The notes beneath the pieces were generated by a model that was not told the origin of the DNA, did not search any database, and was given only the letters and a program-made list of their open reading frames with translations. A DNA stretch of 64,000 bases from Antedon mediterranea (Eukaryota; Animalia; Echinodermata): NCBI RefSeq assembly GCF_964355755.1, contig NC_092679.1, positions 24,659,432 through 24,723,431 of the forward strand. The letters are read 5' to 3'. The translations under genes and the position numbers were made by a program. The stretch's first letter is position 1. Each line of letters begins with the position of its first letter. Shown in pieces: positions 1-12,300 of the stretch.

Positions 1-329
1 TTGATAATAAAACACTATTTATCAAATTATTAAGTAGATATGAAAAAAGCATCATACAATTCGAAATAAACTTTTTTATCTCCTTCGATCTTGTAAATTT
101 TATGTTTATCCCCCTCAATTTTAAAATTATGCTGCGGATTAGTTTTAGCGACAGAGGGCGCCCTAGAAAAAGTAAAATATACGTCATCACTCATTTGCAT
201 AAAGGGATGGAAAGCTGTAAAATTCACATGTGATTGTCTTTTTGGGGTGGGGAGCGAAGAGAAGAAGAGAGGAATCACATTGTAGTCCTCTGTGTATAGG
301 CTAGTATTAGCTTGTTTTTTTTTCAGAAT

Positions 330-3300
330 ATGATCTCGCGTGAGGGTGTAATTGCTGTACACGTAGGTACATACATACAATACATACTTGCTTGTATTTG
401 TAGGTAGACCTAGCTAGGCCTAGGCCTGCACAGCCTAGCCTAGGTAGGCCTATTCCTTTTTGCTAAGGCTATTTATTGTTAAACAATATGGTCGACTTTT
501 TTTTTGTCAATTAATTGCCAGAATGTTGTATTGTATAAATATGTTTCATTTTCCCAAAAAATGTTGAAACTAATATTGAGGGCAGTGTTATAACATCCGG
601 CTGGCGTAGTCTAATAGAATAATAAGGTTAAATTAATATATTATTATTAATTTATTATTATATTTCCAAGGATCTTATTTCCACTAACGCCATTAAATGG
701 TACTTGCTGAGTAATTAAAAAGCCATAAATATATATGGCTCTTTGTGTCTTGTGATTATGTCTAAAAGCGCCCTCTATAGTTTCAAAATAATAAAAAAAT
801 AATGCTGATGTCATCATTTTAAGTAATTTATTACATACATAGTGTTATTTTCCCTACATTGAGGGTGCAATTTAGCAACAAACCAGAAAATCATGCTTAT
901 GTATTAAATTACGAAAAATGATGACGTCATTGGTCATTTTATGCGTATGTAAAATCCAGGGAAAGTAAAATGAGGGTATGACTATGTAAAACGAAGGTTT
1001 TACAGTCAACCTTCTCATTTACGTATCCATTGGTCTGATGAGAGGCGTTCGTTCATTGCATATTTTGATACAAACAACAAATTACGAACCTAACTTGTGG
1101 CCCGAACGGGCTTCCGTAACTATATTTTAAAAGCCGCCACTTAATTATCTGGCGCCCGCCACTTAATAATTAGTACATGTCCCGTCACGTGACATGTACG
1201 TGCATTGGATCAGAGGCGATGTTGCATATGGAACGCCATCGCTGCCTCCGGGAGCAAACTTTAATTCTATTCGGCTCTTTTACAACCATTACGTTCGGCT
1301 CTTTTAGCATTCGCCGCATTTCTATTCGGCCCATTTACCATATTTACGATTAAAGAATAAGATGTGTTGAATAACCTAAAATTAATTCATCTTTTTACAA
1401 ATTTTGAGAGAGAAAGGGTATTATTATTGTTAAAAGTTAGGCTGACACTAGACTAGGCCATAAATCAAACCTTTTCTCTTTCAAAATAGTCAATAAGGTG
1501 GGACAATTGCAAGTTGACACATTAATCATGTCAATAAAATGATTAGTCATATTGAAATAGCCTTCAAATTCATTTAATTCAACCAACCAAACACTCTACA
1601 TGCTGCATCTATATGTTTTGTAAACTTTTCATAGACTCATTTCCAGCCGTTGATTTTCTTCCATTTGACGCCATGTAAAAGGTTAGAATTTAATTGCGCC
1701 GTATAAAAAAATAAAAAAGAGCCAAACGTAATGGTAAATGGGCCGAAAAGTTAAAATATTAAGTCTGGTCCGGACCGCATATATTTTACCTTTTCAAAGG
1801 TACTACTACAATCCGTAGCAGCAAGGGAAAATGTAATTCCCAGACAATAGTAGTTTTATTGAAAAATTTACAAACTAAGCTAAATTTATAGTATGGTCAT
1901 CAAGCTAGCCTTTGCAGTTCGCGATCAACAATGTCCTGTTTTCAATAAGCGGATGCACTCCAGCAGGCAGGGATGATGATTTCCTGGCACCGCCCTAGGC
2001 CTAGCCTAGTAAATGGCCTAGGCCTAGCCTAGTAAATGGCCATGGCCTAGCCTAGTAAATGGCCTAGGCCTATACTGTTAGACTTGAAATACACAGAATT
2101 TGTCTGTAATTATAACCTTGCTTTATTAGCGGTTTGCTTGCATTAATTGTTTTGGGATAGTTTAATAAATTAAGAAGATAATTAATAGTATGTAAAAGTT
2201 TTATCAACACATTTTTGACTGAGAAGATCGGCTGTACTGTACAGTGTTATAAATTGGTCAATTTTGAAATGTGATCCTGATCGATTACCTTCCAGATTCG
2301 TAATCTATGGAAAATTATGGTCTTGACTAACTGTTTTTTTTTTTGTTGGTAAAACACACCAACTGAAATTGAGCATTTTTATTATTCATATTTAGGTGCT
2401 GGGTATCATGCTCCCTCAAAAGAAGCCGATTACAATCAAGCATGTAAGCTGGCATGTGCAAGAGTAAGTTATCATAAACCTTTACTTAATTAACTTACAA
2501 CAAATTAATCATTTGTGTAAATTTAACCACTAAGGCTGTGTTTGGACTTTAAACTCAATTGCACATGTAATCTAAATTACTCTTTGGACTAACCAAATGA
2601 ACTGTTCTGTAAACAACAAATTTACACTACAAACTGATATTTACCCAGCAAGGTCATATTTCATGGTTCTTTACAATAGTAAGGTCAAATTGCTCCTTAT
2701 CTATCCACCTCATGACTTGGGTTTTTAAAACAACTGGGGTGGATTGCTATAAAACAGTCTTAACTGATGGTCTTAACTCCCCGATTAAAGCCGGCTTTAT
2801 CAGATAGACGGTCTTACTAAAGCCACCCCTGTTAGACCATTGCTATAAAACAGTCTTAGATAAGACCGCGTAAAGTAAGAAATTGAGGGCGTACTTTGCG
2901 TGTAGAATACCAAATAAGGTAATGTTCGTCACGCTTTTTCAATTCACAATCATAACAGTACGTACATTTCTACGCGAAAAAATCTATTCTAGGCCTATAT
3001 AAGAATAAAATCACCGTTATTATTTGATTTAACTAGGTATCCCAATGAAAAAATTCAGCTAAATTTTTTTACTTTTTCTTTCAGTTAACCATTAATTAAT
3101 TTTAATTAATTATTTGTAATTAGCATTTTGAAATTTAAATGATTGAAATCCGATTATCCGTTCTAAAGTTATGGTTATTTAAAGTGGTAAAAAATTATAC
3201 GATTTTTTGCCTAAAAATGGTGTTTTTTGCAGTTGAAATTGGAAGCATTTTTAAAAGGTTATAACTTTTACAATAATTATTTAAAAGTTTTGAATTTTGT

Positions 3301-6300
3301 TAAACCTATAGATATCACAGAGTTGTACAACTCTATTTTTTTTTATAGAGCCTCAACGAAACCTATTTTTTAAATTATTGGTCCGCAAAGTGGTAGGAAA
3401 GCATTTAGCGCCCATATTTGCTTGAATTCCCTAAAAAAATCTGATCTGATGATCTGTAACTTTTGAACTACTGTACTAATTCATTTAATTAGTTATCCGC
3501 TTGGTATACCAAGCGGATAACTCCTTGTTATTGTATGAGATCAACATTTTTTTTCTGTATTATTCTTCTTTCCTTCCTTCCTTTTTGTGAGTCGCGTTTC
3601 TCTAAAATGTGTAAACATAACATTTCATAACTTTGACAACATATGGGCATTTACGTGAAGTTGTGCACCTCCTATTTTTGAATGACGTCATAGTTGCGCA
3701 ACGTGACTTACGCGCAATTTTATGAATTTCAATGATTGATCATAGATTAAAAACCAAAAGTCATTTAGTATTGACACTTTGACAAAATTTAAGTCATATC
3801 GGGGGCAAACTTTCTACGGATTAAAAATGGCATGTTTCACAAAAAGTTACGCGCGCACGCGCATTTAAAATTTCAAAATGCGCAAAATTAAGTTCTAATC
3901 AACTTTTTACGCGTTTCATGTCATTTTGAGCATGTCAAAAATTCCCACGGGCGCGCGATTTTTTACGCACGCGGTGCGCACGTAGCGATAAAAACATATT
4001 TTTTTCTCTTGAATTATATTTTTCAAGCCTTTCCTAGTAATTTTGAAAACAATTTAGAACTTTTCCAGTTTAAATAACGCCATACGAACACGTTGAATTA
4101 GACAATTTGTGCGCGTTTTTTATGAAAAAGCTTAAAAAATCATCAAAATAATGTCTTTTTTTAAACAGTCATAGTTTCTAAAGTAAACCGTGAACCGTTT
4201 ATTTTTATTACAAAATCTAGAAGTTGATGAGTTGCAGATATCGGATCATGCATCGATAAGGCTAAAAAAACATTGTGACGTAATCGTATGGCCACACGAA
4301 TGTAAAGTATAGGATTTTTGTCTGTTTCGTTATTGCTCATCACATTCAATGGAGCGCATCACGCTTATCTGTATTCCTTTTTCTCCTATATTTATATATT
4401 GTCTAGGTTAATCAACTTTCTTTAGCATGAGATAAAAATATTTTAATTTTTATAACGTCATCATGCCTAAAAATTTTAATTACGTGGGTCATTAATTTCA
4501 TCTTTACAGTAAATTTTAATCTGTAATAGCTCGTAAGAATAAAATGTGATAATCACGATTAAAACGTTTTCTGGAAGCTATAGGATTGTAGATACGAATT
4601 CATGTAAACATTTTGCCAATCGGATGTTGTGACGTCATCATATTGCCAGTTGAATAAAAAAAGTCGTATTTTCATATTTTGCGTAATAGTTCATCACATT
4701 TAAATGTGCGCGCACCAACATTTTACGTATTCAAATTTCTTCTACACGTTAATATGTTGTTGCTAAGATAATTTTCTTCAGAAATTGCTATCGTTGTGTT
4801 GTTTTTTTTATGACGTCATCATGTTAAATATTTGAATTAAAGGCAGGTCCCATAATTCAGTTAATATGTCATATAATAATACAGTAGTACAATGTACACC
4901 AGCATAGTCTCTGATGTGAGCAAATTGTTGTTTGCCGCCCTCTGTATCATGTAGAATTAATGTCTCCTTTTATACACAGTGTACTGTATAATTATAATAG
5001 GCTACAAGGCGAAAATACAGGACCACCTCTTATTATAGTTTTTAACGTATGACGTGCACGTGGCATCTGTCGTGCGGATAACTAACTCGTCAAAGTGACG
5101 AGTTTCATGTCTAGTTTTTTTTGTACTTGTTAGAATGTAGTGTATATTTCATTAATAAATATTTTTTAGATGTGTATATGAAAAAAAAAATTGTTTAATG
5201 GTGAAATTTAAAATTATAAAAAAAAAAAATTAAAAAGTATGTTAAAAACGGTGTGTACTGTTTCCTTTCTTTTACACTAATTTTCGGTAAGTATAATTAT
5301 TAGAATATTTTAATATACTTTATATTTATAATTTCAATCATAAATACTATATAACTTTTGAATACGTAAAATCATTTAATATGATTATGACACCAAATCT
5401 AAGCCGGGCTGCTAAGTAAGAATGCTCTTTTAAGGCAAACGCACAATGGGTCAAAATAAACTCATTTAAAATAATCAATGTTAACTAAAACAAATAATTG
5501 TTTACCTGAATAGCATATATAACATTATAAAAATTGTTTTCTTTTCGTATTATTACGTTATTAAATTGAAAGTTTAGGCCAAGTCACGGCTTACTCGCGA
5601 TCAGTAGTTGCTCCCGTTAAAGTATTTCGGTCGCAGTTAATGACTTTCGACCGCCGTATACAGAGTCAAATGTAACGTTGCTAAATTAGCTTAATAAATT
5701 TCTTCGGTACATTTTAACCTAACGCATTTGCATTGTATACTTACTTGCATAATAAATCTTCCGCACATTACATCAATTTTAAGTTGTTATTACGGGATTT
5801 ACGCCTCATGCACCATTTTAAAATGTAGTTCGCACAATTACCATGCACAATACGTTTGTAATCTATGTTTTATCGATTTCAATGTAGATTTAGCTATAAT
5901 TTAATACCAAAATCCATAAAAATTTTTCAATAAATGGCAGGGCATCATTTATAAGGAGCGCCTGCGCAACCGCGCTCCTCAAAAGGCTTCGAGGAGAACA
6001 ATTTATCGTGCTCCTTAATTTTCAAAATAGAGCCTAGCTTTTGACAGTGTTGATTTTTCTGTCAAGAGGCCTAAAAACACGTGGATTTTTAAAAGTTAAA
6101 AATGTGAAAAACGCTTACAATGACAGGCCTAGAAATCTAGGTCTACTGTAGGCATGCCAAGATACCTGTTGTTGTTACTTTTATAATCCATGACATATAA
6201 ATAGAATTAGAGGTTAGCTGCCAACACTTGTTTTTGTTTTCGACTGGCGCCAACCCTGCCTGATGATGATCGCGACTATTCCTCGACTCGCGAACGAACA

Positions 6301-9300
6301 GCAGCGATCGATCATCATAAATTATAAAAGCTCGAGAAGGCGGCGGAGTGATACTCGACGACGACGAAGCAAAGTAAACAACAACAGAGTCTAGCTAGCT
6401 AGCTATCTAGTCTACTAATAAAACACGAGGCCGACCGGACGTACAACTTTTGTATACACGTGACGTGTGTAATCTCCCGATATGATGGAAAAGCTACAAG
6501 CAGTCCCTCGTTTTTAAGGATCAACAACCTTCAAGGAGAGCAATTAATCACGCTCCATCTCACAGTAGGTATCCCAATGAAAGCGCACAGAGGGGTATCA
6601 CTTTTGAAATATTGACGAAATTCGAAAAAGTAGTATGACTTTGATGTTAAATAAATCGTATTCAATCTTAATTAATACTTACAAAATTTATATTGTTTGA
6701 AAGTACTTGTTTTAATCTATGTATAAGTGTGTTTATAATTAAAATTAATTAATTAGTTGCCGAGAAAATGCGATTTTAAAACGGTTCTAAAATCCCGTCG
6801 AGCCGATTTCCGCGCGTTGAAAACCTCATCGGAAAATCCCCATCAGTTTTCAAAACACAATCGCACGATTACCATTGAAGCTAGCGGATTAATTTTTGTT
6901 GTATGTTATCAGGCTTTAAATAAGCTTTAATTTGATACGAAAATCGTCTTCTATTTAAATAGGTTTTTCGTAACGAAAAGTCAATTTTTGTGAAAAAAAA
7001 TCCAATTTTGATTCACCGTTTATGAAAAAATATTATGGATTTTGGTATTAAATTATAGCTAAATCTACATTGAAATCAATAAAACATAGTTTACAAACTT
7101 ATTGTGCATGGTAATTGAGCGAACTACATTTTAAAATGGTGCATGAGGCGTAAATCCCGTTCAAAATTTGAAAGATCCAACCATTATAATCCGGTGAATA
7201 TTGTAGTGAGTAAAATATTGTACTCAAAAATACGCGCGTGTTTGTTGTGGCGTTTTCCGTTAAATACATTAATGCACCCTATCAGCGAATGGTACGTTCC
7301 ATATTTTGAACACGTTGTTTAGTTTTCCTCGCTCGAGTTCGACCGGCTCGACGCGAGATGTGTGACAGCAGCGATGTCGGAGATTGACATGTCCTTTTCC
7401 GTCGTAGAATATCTGGTTTTACACATTAATTTAACAACTTAAAATTGATGTAATGTGCGGAAGATTTATTATGCAAGTATACAATGCAAATGCGTTAGGT
7501 TAAAATGTACCGAAGAAATTTATTAATCTAATTTACCAACGTTACATTTGATTCTGTATACGGCGGTCGAAAGTCATTAACTGCGACCGAAATACTTTAA
7601 CGGGAGCGACTACTGATCGCGAGTAAGCCGTGACTTGGCCTAAACTTTAGCTCCGTATTTCAATTTAATAACGTAATAATATGAAAAGAAAACAATTTTT
7701 ATAATGTTATATACTATTCAGGTAAATAATTAATTGTTTTAATTAACATTGATTATTTTAAATGAGTTTATTTTGACCCATATTGTGCGTTTGCCTTAAA
7801 AAAGAGCATATCTTACTTAGCAGCCTGGCTTAGATTTGGTGTCATAATCATACGGGCCTAAAATCTTGTTTTACGTATTCAAAAGTTAAATATAATAGTA
7901 TTTATGATTGAAATTATAAATATAAAGTATATTAAAATATTCTAATAATTATACTTACCGAAAATTAGTGTAAAAGAAAGGAAACAGTACACACCGTTTT
8001 TAACATACTTTTTCATTTTTTTTTTTTATAATTCGAAATTTCACCATTAAAAAATTATTTTTTTTTCATATACACATCTAAAATATATTTATTAATGAAA
8101 TATACACTACATTCTAACAAGTACAAAAAAAATAAAATGAATTAGTACAGTAGTTCAAAAGTTACAGATCATTGAAAAATTGCAGTTTTTTCATTTTTTA
8201 GGGAATTCCAGCAAAAATGGGCGCTAAATGCTTTCCTACCACTTTGCGGACCAATAATTTAAAAAATAGGTTTCGTTGAGGCTCCAAAAAAAATAGAGTT
8301 GTACAACTCTGTGATATCTATAGGTTTAACAAAATTCAAAACTTTTAACTAATTATTGTAAAAGTTATAACCTTTTAAAAATGCTTCCAATTTCAACTGC
8401 AAAAAACACCATTTTTAGGCAAAAAATCGTATATTTTTTTACCACTTTAAATAACCATAACTTTAGAATGGGTAATCGGATTTCAATCATTTAAATTGCA
8501 AAATGCTAATTACATTAAGTTCTTTATGGTTAACTGAAAGAAAAAGTAAAAAAATTAATCTGAATTTTTTCATTGGGATACCTACTCACAGTGCGAGGTT
8601 AGGTACCAAACAAGGGGATTCCCCTGCCTGCATTCAAGGACGAGTTTACTTCATCGCCTCATAGTGCATCCAGTACGGTGTCATAGAAATACCTCCTTTA
8701 CAGCAACCAATAATTGTTCCTTTTATGCTTACTGCATGTTTTTATAGAACGAGTTTATAAAATATATTTAATTTTAAAAGGAAACATTAATAGGAGGCCT
8801 AAATATAATGTTTATTATTTAAAAAGCTTAGTTGTGTCATTGATGGATTATTTCTTCAAAAGTTCCAACCAATTTTGGTCACTCAAATCCTCCTCAAAAC
8901 ACGTGCTGACGTGTGACGTCATCATCTTCTAGAAGGTAGCTCTCCCCAAATTGTGCGTGCATGTGTGACACATGTAAACACAATTAAATATCTTTCTTAA
9001 TTATTTTGAAATGATACTTTGTAACTTATTATCAATATTTTAATGGCTATTGCATGTTAGAATTGTATAATTTATGAAATACAGGTAGTAGGCCAACAAG
9101 CTAGGCTAGAAAAGCTAGGCCTAGGCTAAAGACATGTTGGTCAGGATTCTCCAGGCAGGCTCCTGAAACCCAATCTAGGCCTACCCAGGCCATACAAAAA
9201 ATTGGATTGATTTTTTTCAATGACGATCCCCACGGAAAATATTGTGTGTGAATGTGGGTGTGGGAGGGGAGTGGGGAGGGAGGAATTTTGGGGAGAGTAA

Positions 9301-12300
9301 TTTAATTATCAAAAGTAATAAATGATATAATTGGGAGGGGTGGGGATAAATTCCCTTGGGCAAAAAAAAAATGTAAACAAAATTAATAAGGGCCAGCCAT
9401 TTTTAATAAGGGCGACCATCCTTCAACTTCAACTGGCCCTGCTGGCCACTATGGTTTAAAGGTTAATTTTCAGCCCTGTATTTATTAATAAAAGATTTAT
9501 AGATTATAATATAATAGATTATAGCGGCAGCATGCGCTAATAATTTTTTTTTGGTAGCAAAACCAATAGAATTTAACTTTTGTGGTCAAATTCAAACATT
9601 GTAATTTTTTTACATATTTACATAAACATTTGAAGAGAGCGATTTAAAATTTTTGCAAGGAGAGCGAATTGCTCTCCTCTGTGATTTGAGGAGAGCGATT
9701 TGTTGCTCTCCTGGGTTTTGCATACGTGATGCCCTGAAACGGTGATTCAAAATTGGTTTTTTGTCACCAAAATTGATATTTCGTAAAACCTATTTATAGA
9801 AGACGATTTTCACATCAAATTAAAGCTCATTTAAAGCCTGATAACATACAACAAAAATTAATCCGCTAGCTTCAATGGTAATCGTGCGATCGTGTTTTGA
9901 AAACTGATGGGGATTTTCCGATGAGGTTTTCAACGCGCGGAAATCGGCTCGACAGGATTTTAGAACCGTTTTAAAATCGCATTTTCTCGGCAACTACTTC
10001 ATTAATTTTAATTGTAAACACACTTATACATAGATTAAAACAAGTACTTTCAAACAATATAAATTTTTAAAGTATTAATTAAGAGTGAACACGATTTATT
10101 TACCGTCAAAGTCATACTACTTATTCTTTTATAATATAATATAATTTTTTTAATATTTCAAAAGTGATGCCCCTCTGTACGCTTTCATTGGGATACCTAA
10201 TTTAACACTTAAAACTCGTTCAATTGGTTATCTTTGACGATAAATAATACGAAAAGCAACAAAAAGAGAGGTTTAAGACTGCTTTAAGACTCCTTCAAGT
10301 AGGCTTTAATTTTAAAGACCGTTTACAGGTTAGACCGCGGTATAGCAATGGTCTATAATATAAGACTACTTGCTACATCACGAATTATAGCCGGCTAAGC
10401 GCTAAGACCGGTTATAGACCGCTTATAGCAATCCGCCCCAGGTGGTTTGTCTCTAAATTTACACCACATGCGACCATTAAACATGTAAATTGTACAGTCT
10501 GAACAGGCTCCATGTAGTTAACACAGCCGATTTTGATGGCAAAAAGAAATGTTAAGCCAAATTTTAGGGAATGATACAATTATTTTTTAAAAAACCTGTT
10601 TTTATTAAAACATGTTATGTGAGATGTACATGGCAAAACTGAGTTTTATATTTTTTGTATACATAAATGAAGACATTAAATTGCACGGCTGTTTCTGTAC
10701 AGAACATTAAAGTGAAGCTCCACCCATTTTTCCAGATCTTTCTATTTCTGGTATTTTTTATTAAGTATACATTGCGCAATTTTGCATCAATAGACACTTC
10801 CCCAATATACTAGGGAGTATGATCATGTGACATTTTTCAAGATCACAGACTGCAGCTGGCATGGCTGGCGATCTGTTCTCGTTGCGGTGTTGGTTTTTGA
10901 CTGGTGAAAAGTACATTAAAACATTCTGGATGTTACCGTATCATGTTTTCACAGTGCAATGATGTGACTATGAGATTATTACTAAAATATCAAATTTAAA
11001 AAGATCAGAGAAAGGCGTGGCTCTATATTCAATAAAGCTAGGCCTACTACTAGATATGTACCAATGCTGCTTGGCCTAACTAGGCCGTGATAGCCTTACA
11101 GCAGTGAAGTTTGTTCTGGTACACAGCCCCGCCCGAACTACCTATGATAGGCTACTTGAATAATTGCTCTTCAGTCAGGCCTAAGTTTCCATACATCCAT
11201 ACTATTCTGTGATGTTGGCAATACTGTAACTTTGTTTGTAGAGGATTTTGTGTTTCAAAATTTAAAATGTGCGAGAAAAGCCTGGAATGATAAATGGGGC
11301 GAAACAACCAAGCCTTTTCAAGCCCATGAATACATAGGCCTAGACATGGTAGCTAGGCTAAGTAGGCATCCTAGCTATGCCTAGTTCAGTTGATTAAGAT
11401 TATGCTGTTGTAACTAGTGCAAATCATGATGTTACATGTAAAACATACTGACATTTTTATCTGAAATATTACTTGGGCCTAAACAAATTGCATTATTTGT
11501 GTGTATAAAATTGATTCGCCATTTTTCGACACTATAATTTACCAAAAGTTTACCAATACACCAACGTGTTCACCACGTTGACTAAAACACGTCCGTTGCC
11601 AAGTGTAATGTGTTTCGCGATGTACTGTATTATTAATAAGAAATTTACAGTGATTATTATAATAAATGTATATTTTGCATGTTTTTTTTTTATAGGGCAT
11701 TGAAATGTTACAGAGCCGTTCTTCTTCTTTAGCTACATTAGTTGCTGTTATGAAAATATTAGAGGTAAAATCTATTTTATCAAACAAATCAAAATTAATA
11801 TTTGTGTGATATCTTTCTACAGTACTGCATTGAATAACTTGGATGGAAGCACTCATTTGTGTCTCTTCGTTTGTTATTTGAATGCACATTTGAATGCTAT
11901 TTGAGTATAAACAAAACTATTAGCTGAAAATATAATTCGGAAATAATTATACAGAAAGCTGGTCGGTGACCTGCTGCATGATCGACATGGTTCTCGCCAA
12001 TCACTTCGCCTTGTCTGGCACAACTAGCTCCCGACCAGCACTTTGTTAAGACTGATATTGGCCTCAATACTTTGTTTCTATTAATTCGTTCTATTACAAA
12101 ATAGGATGATCCGTTTACTAATTCTGGAACGGGCTCGAACCTGACTTTTCATGGCACAGTAGAATGTGATGCTAGTATAATGGATGGTAAAACTAGATTG
12201 TCCGCTTCTGTTGGAGCCTTACAAGGTAAAAAAAAATTAGCTACCTTTTCAACTAGTGTCTTTGGGCCTGTTTCTATAGAGCAGAGAATATGGTTTTGAA

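Larger units (their letters stand above)
3034..10199 (+). mobile_element. Non-autonomous hAT-like (hATw-like) element, copy 1, interrupted by two insertions
   Basis: TIR TAGGTATCCCAATGAAA at both ends; perfect 7-bp TSD ATTTAAC (3027-3033 and 10200-10206). Body matches copy 2 (6566-8584) in reverse complement. Confidence 0.85.
2734..10441. mobile_element. Non-autonomous TIR element (PIF/Harbinger-like), outermost layer of a nested cluster
   Basis: Left end CTGGGGTGGATTGCTATAAAACAGTCTTA; the right end reverse-complements to CTGGGGCGGATTGCTATAAGCGGTCTA. Internal repeats of TAGACC/TAAGAC/GCTATA. TSD not clearly identified and superfamily is an inference. Confidence 0.65.

Noticed and set aside
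30-380. 116-aa minus-strand ORF
   Set aside because: No recognisable motif; it overlaps TASP1 exon 1 and its upstream region in antisense.
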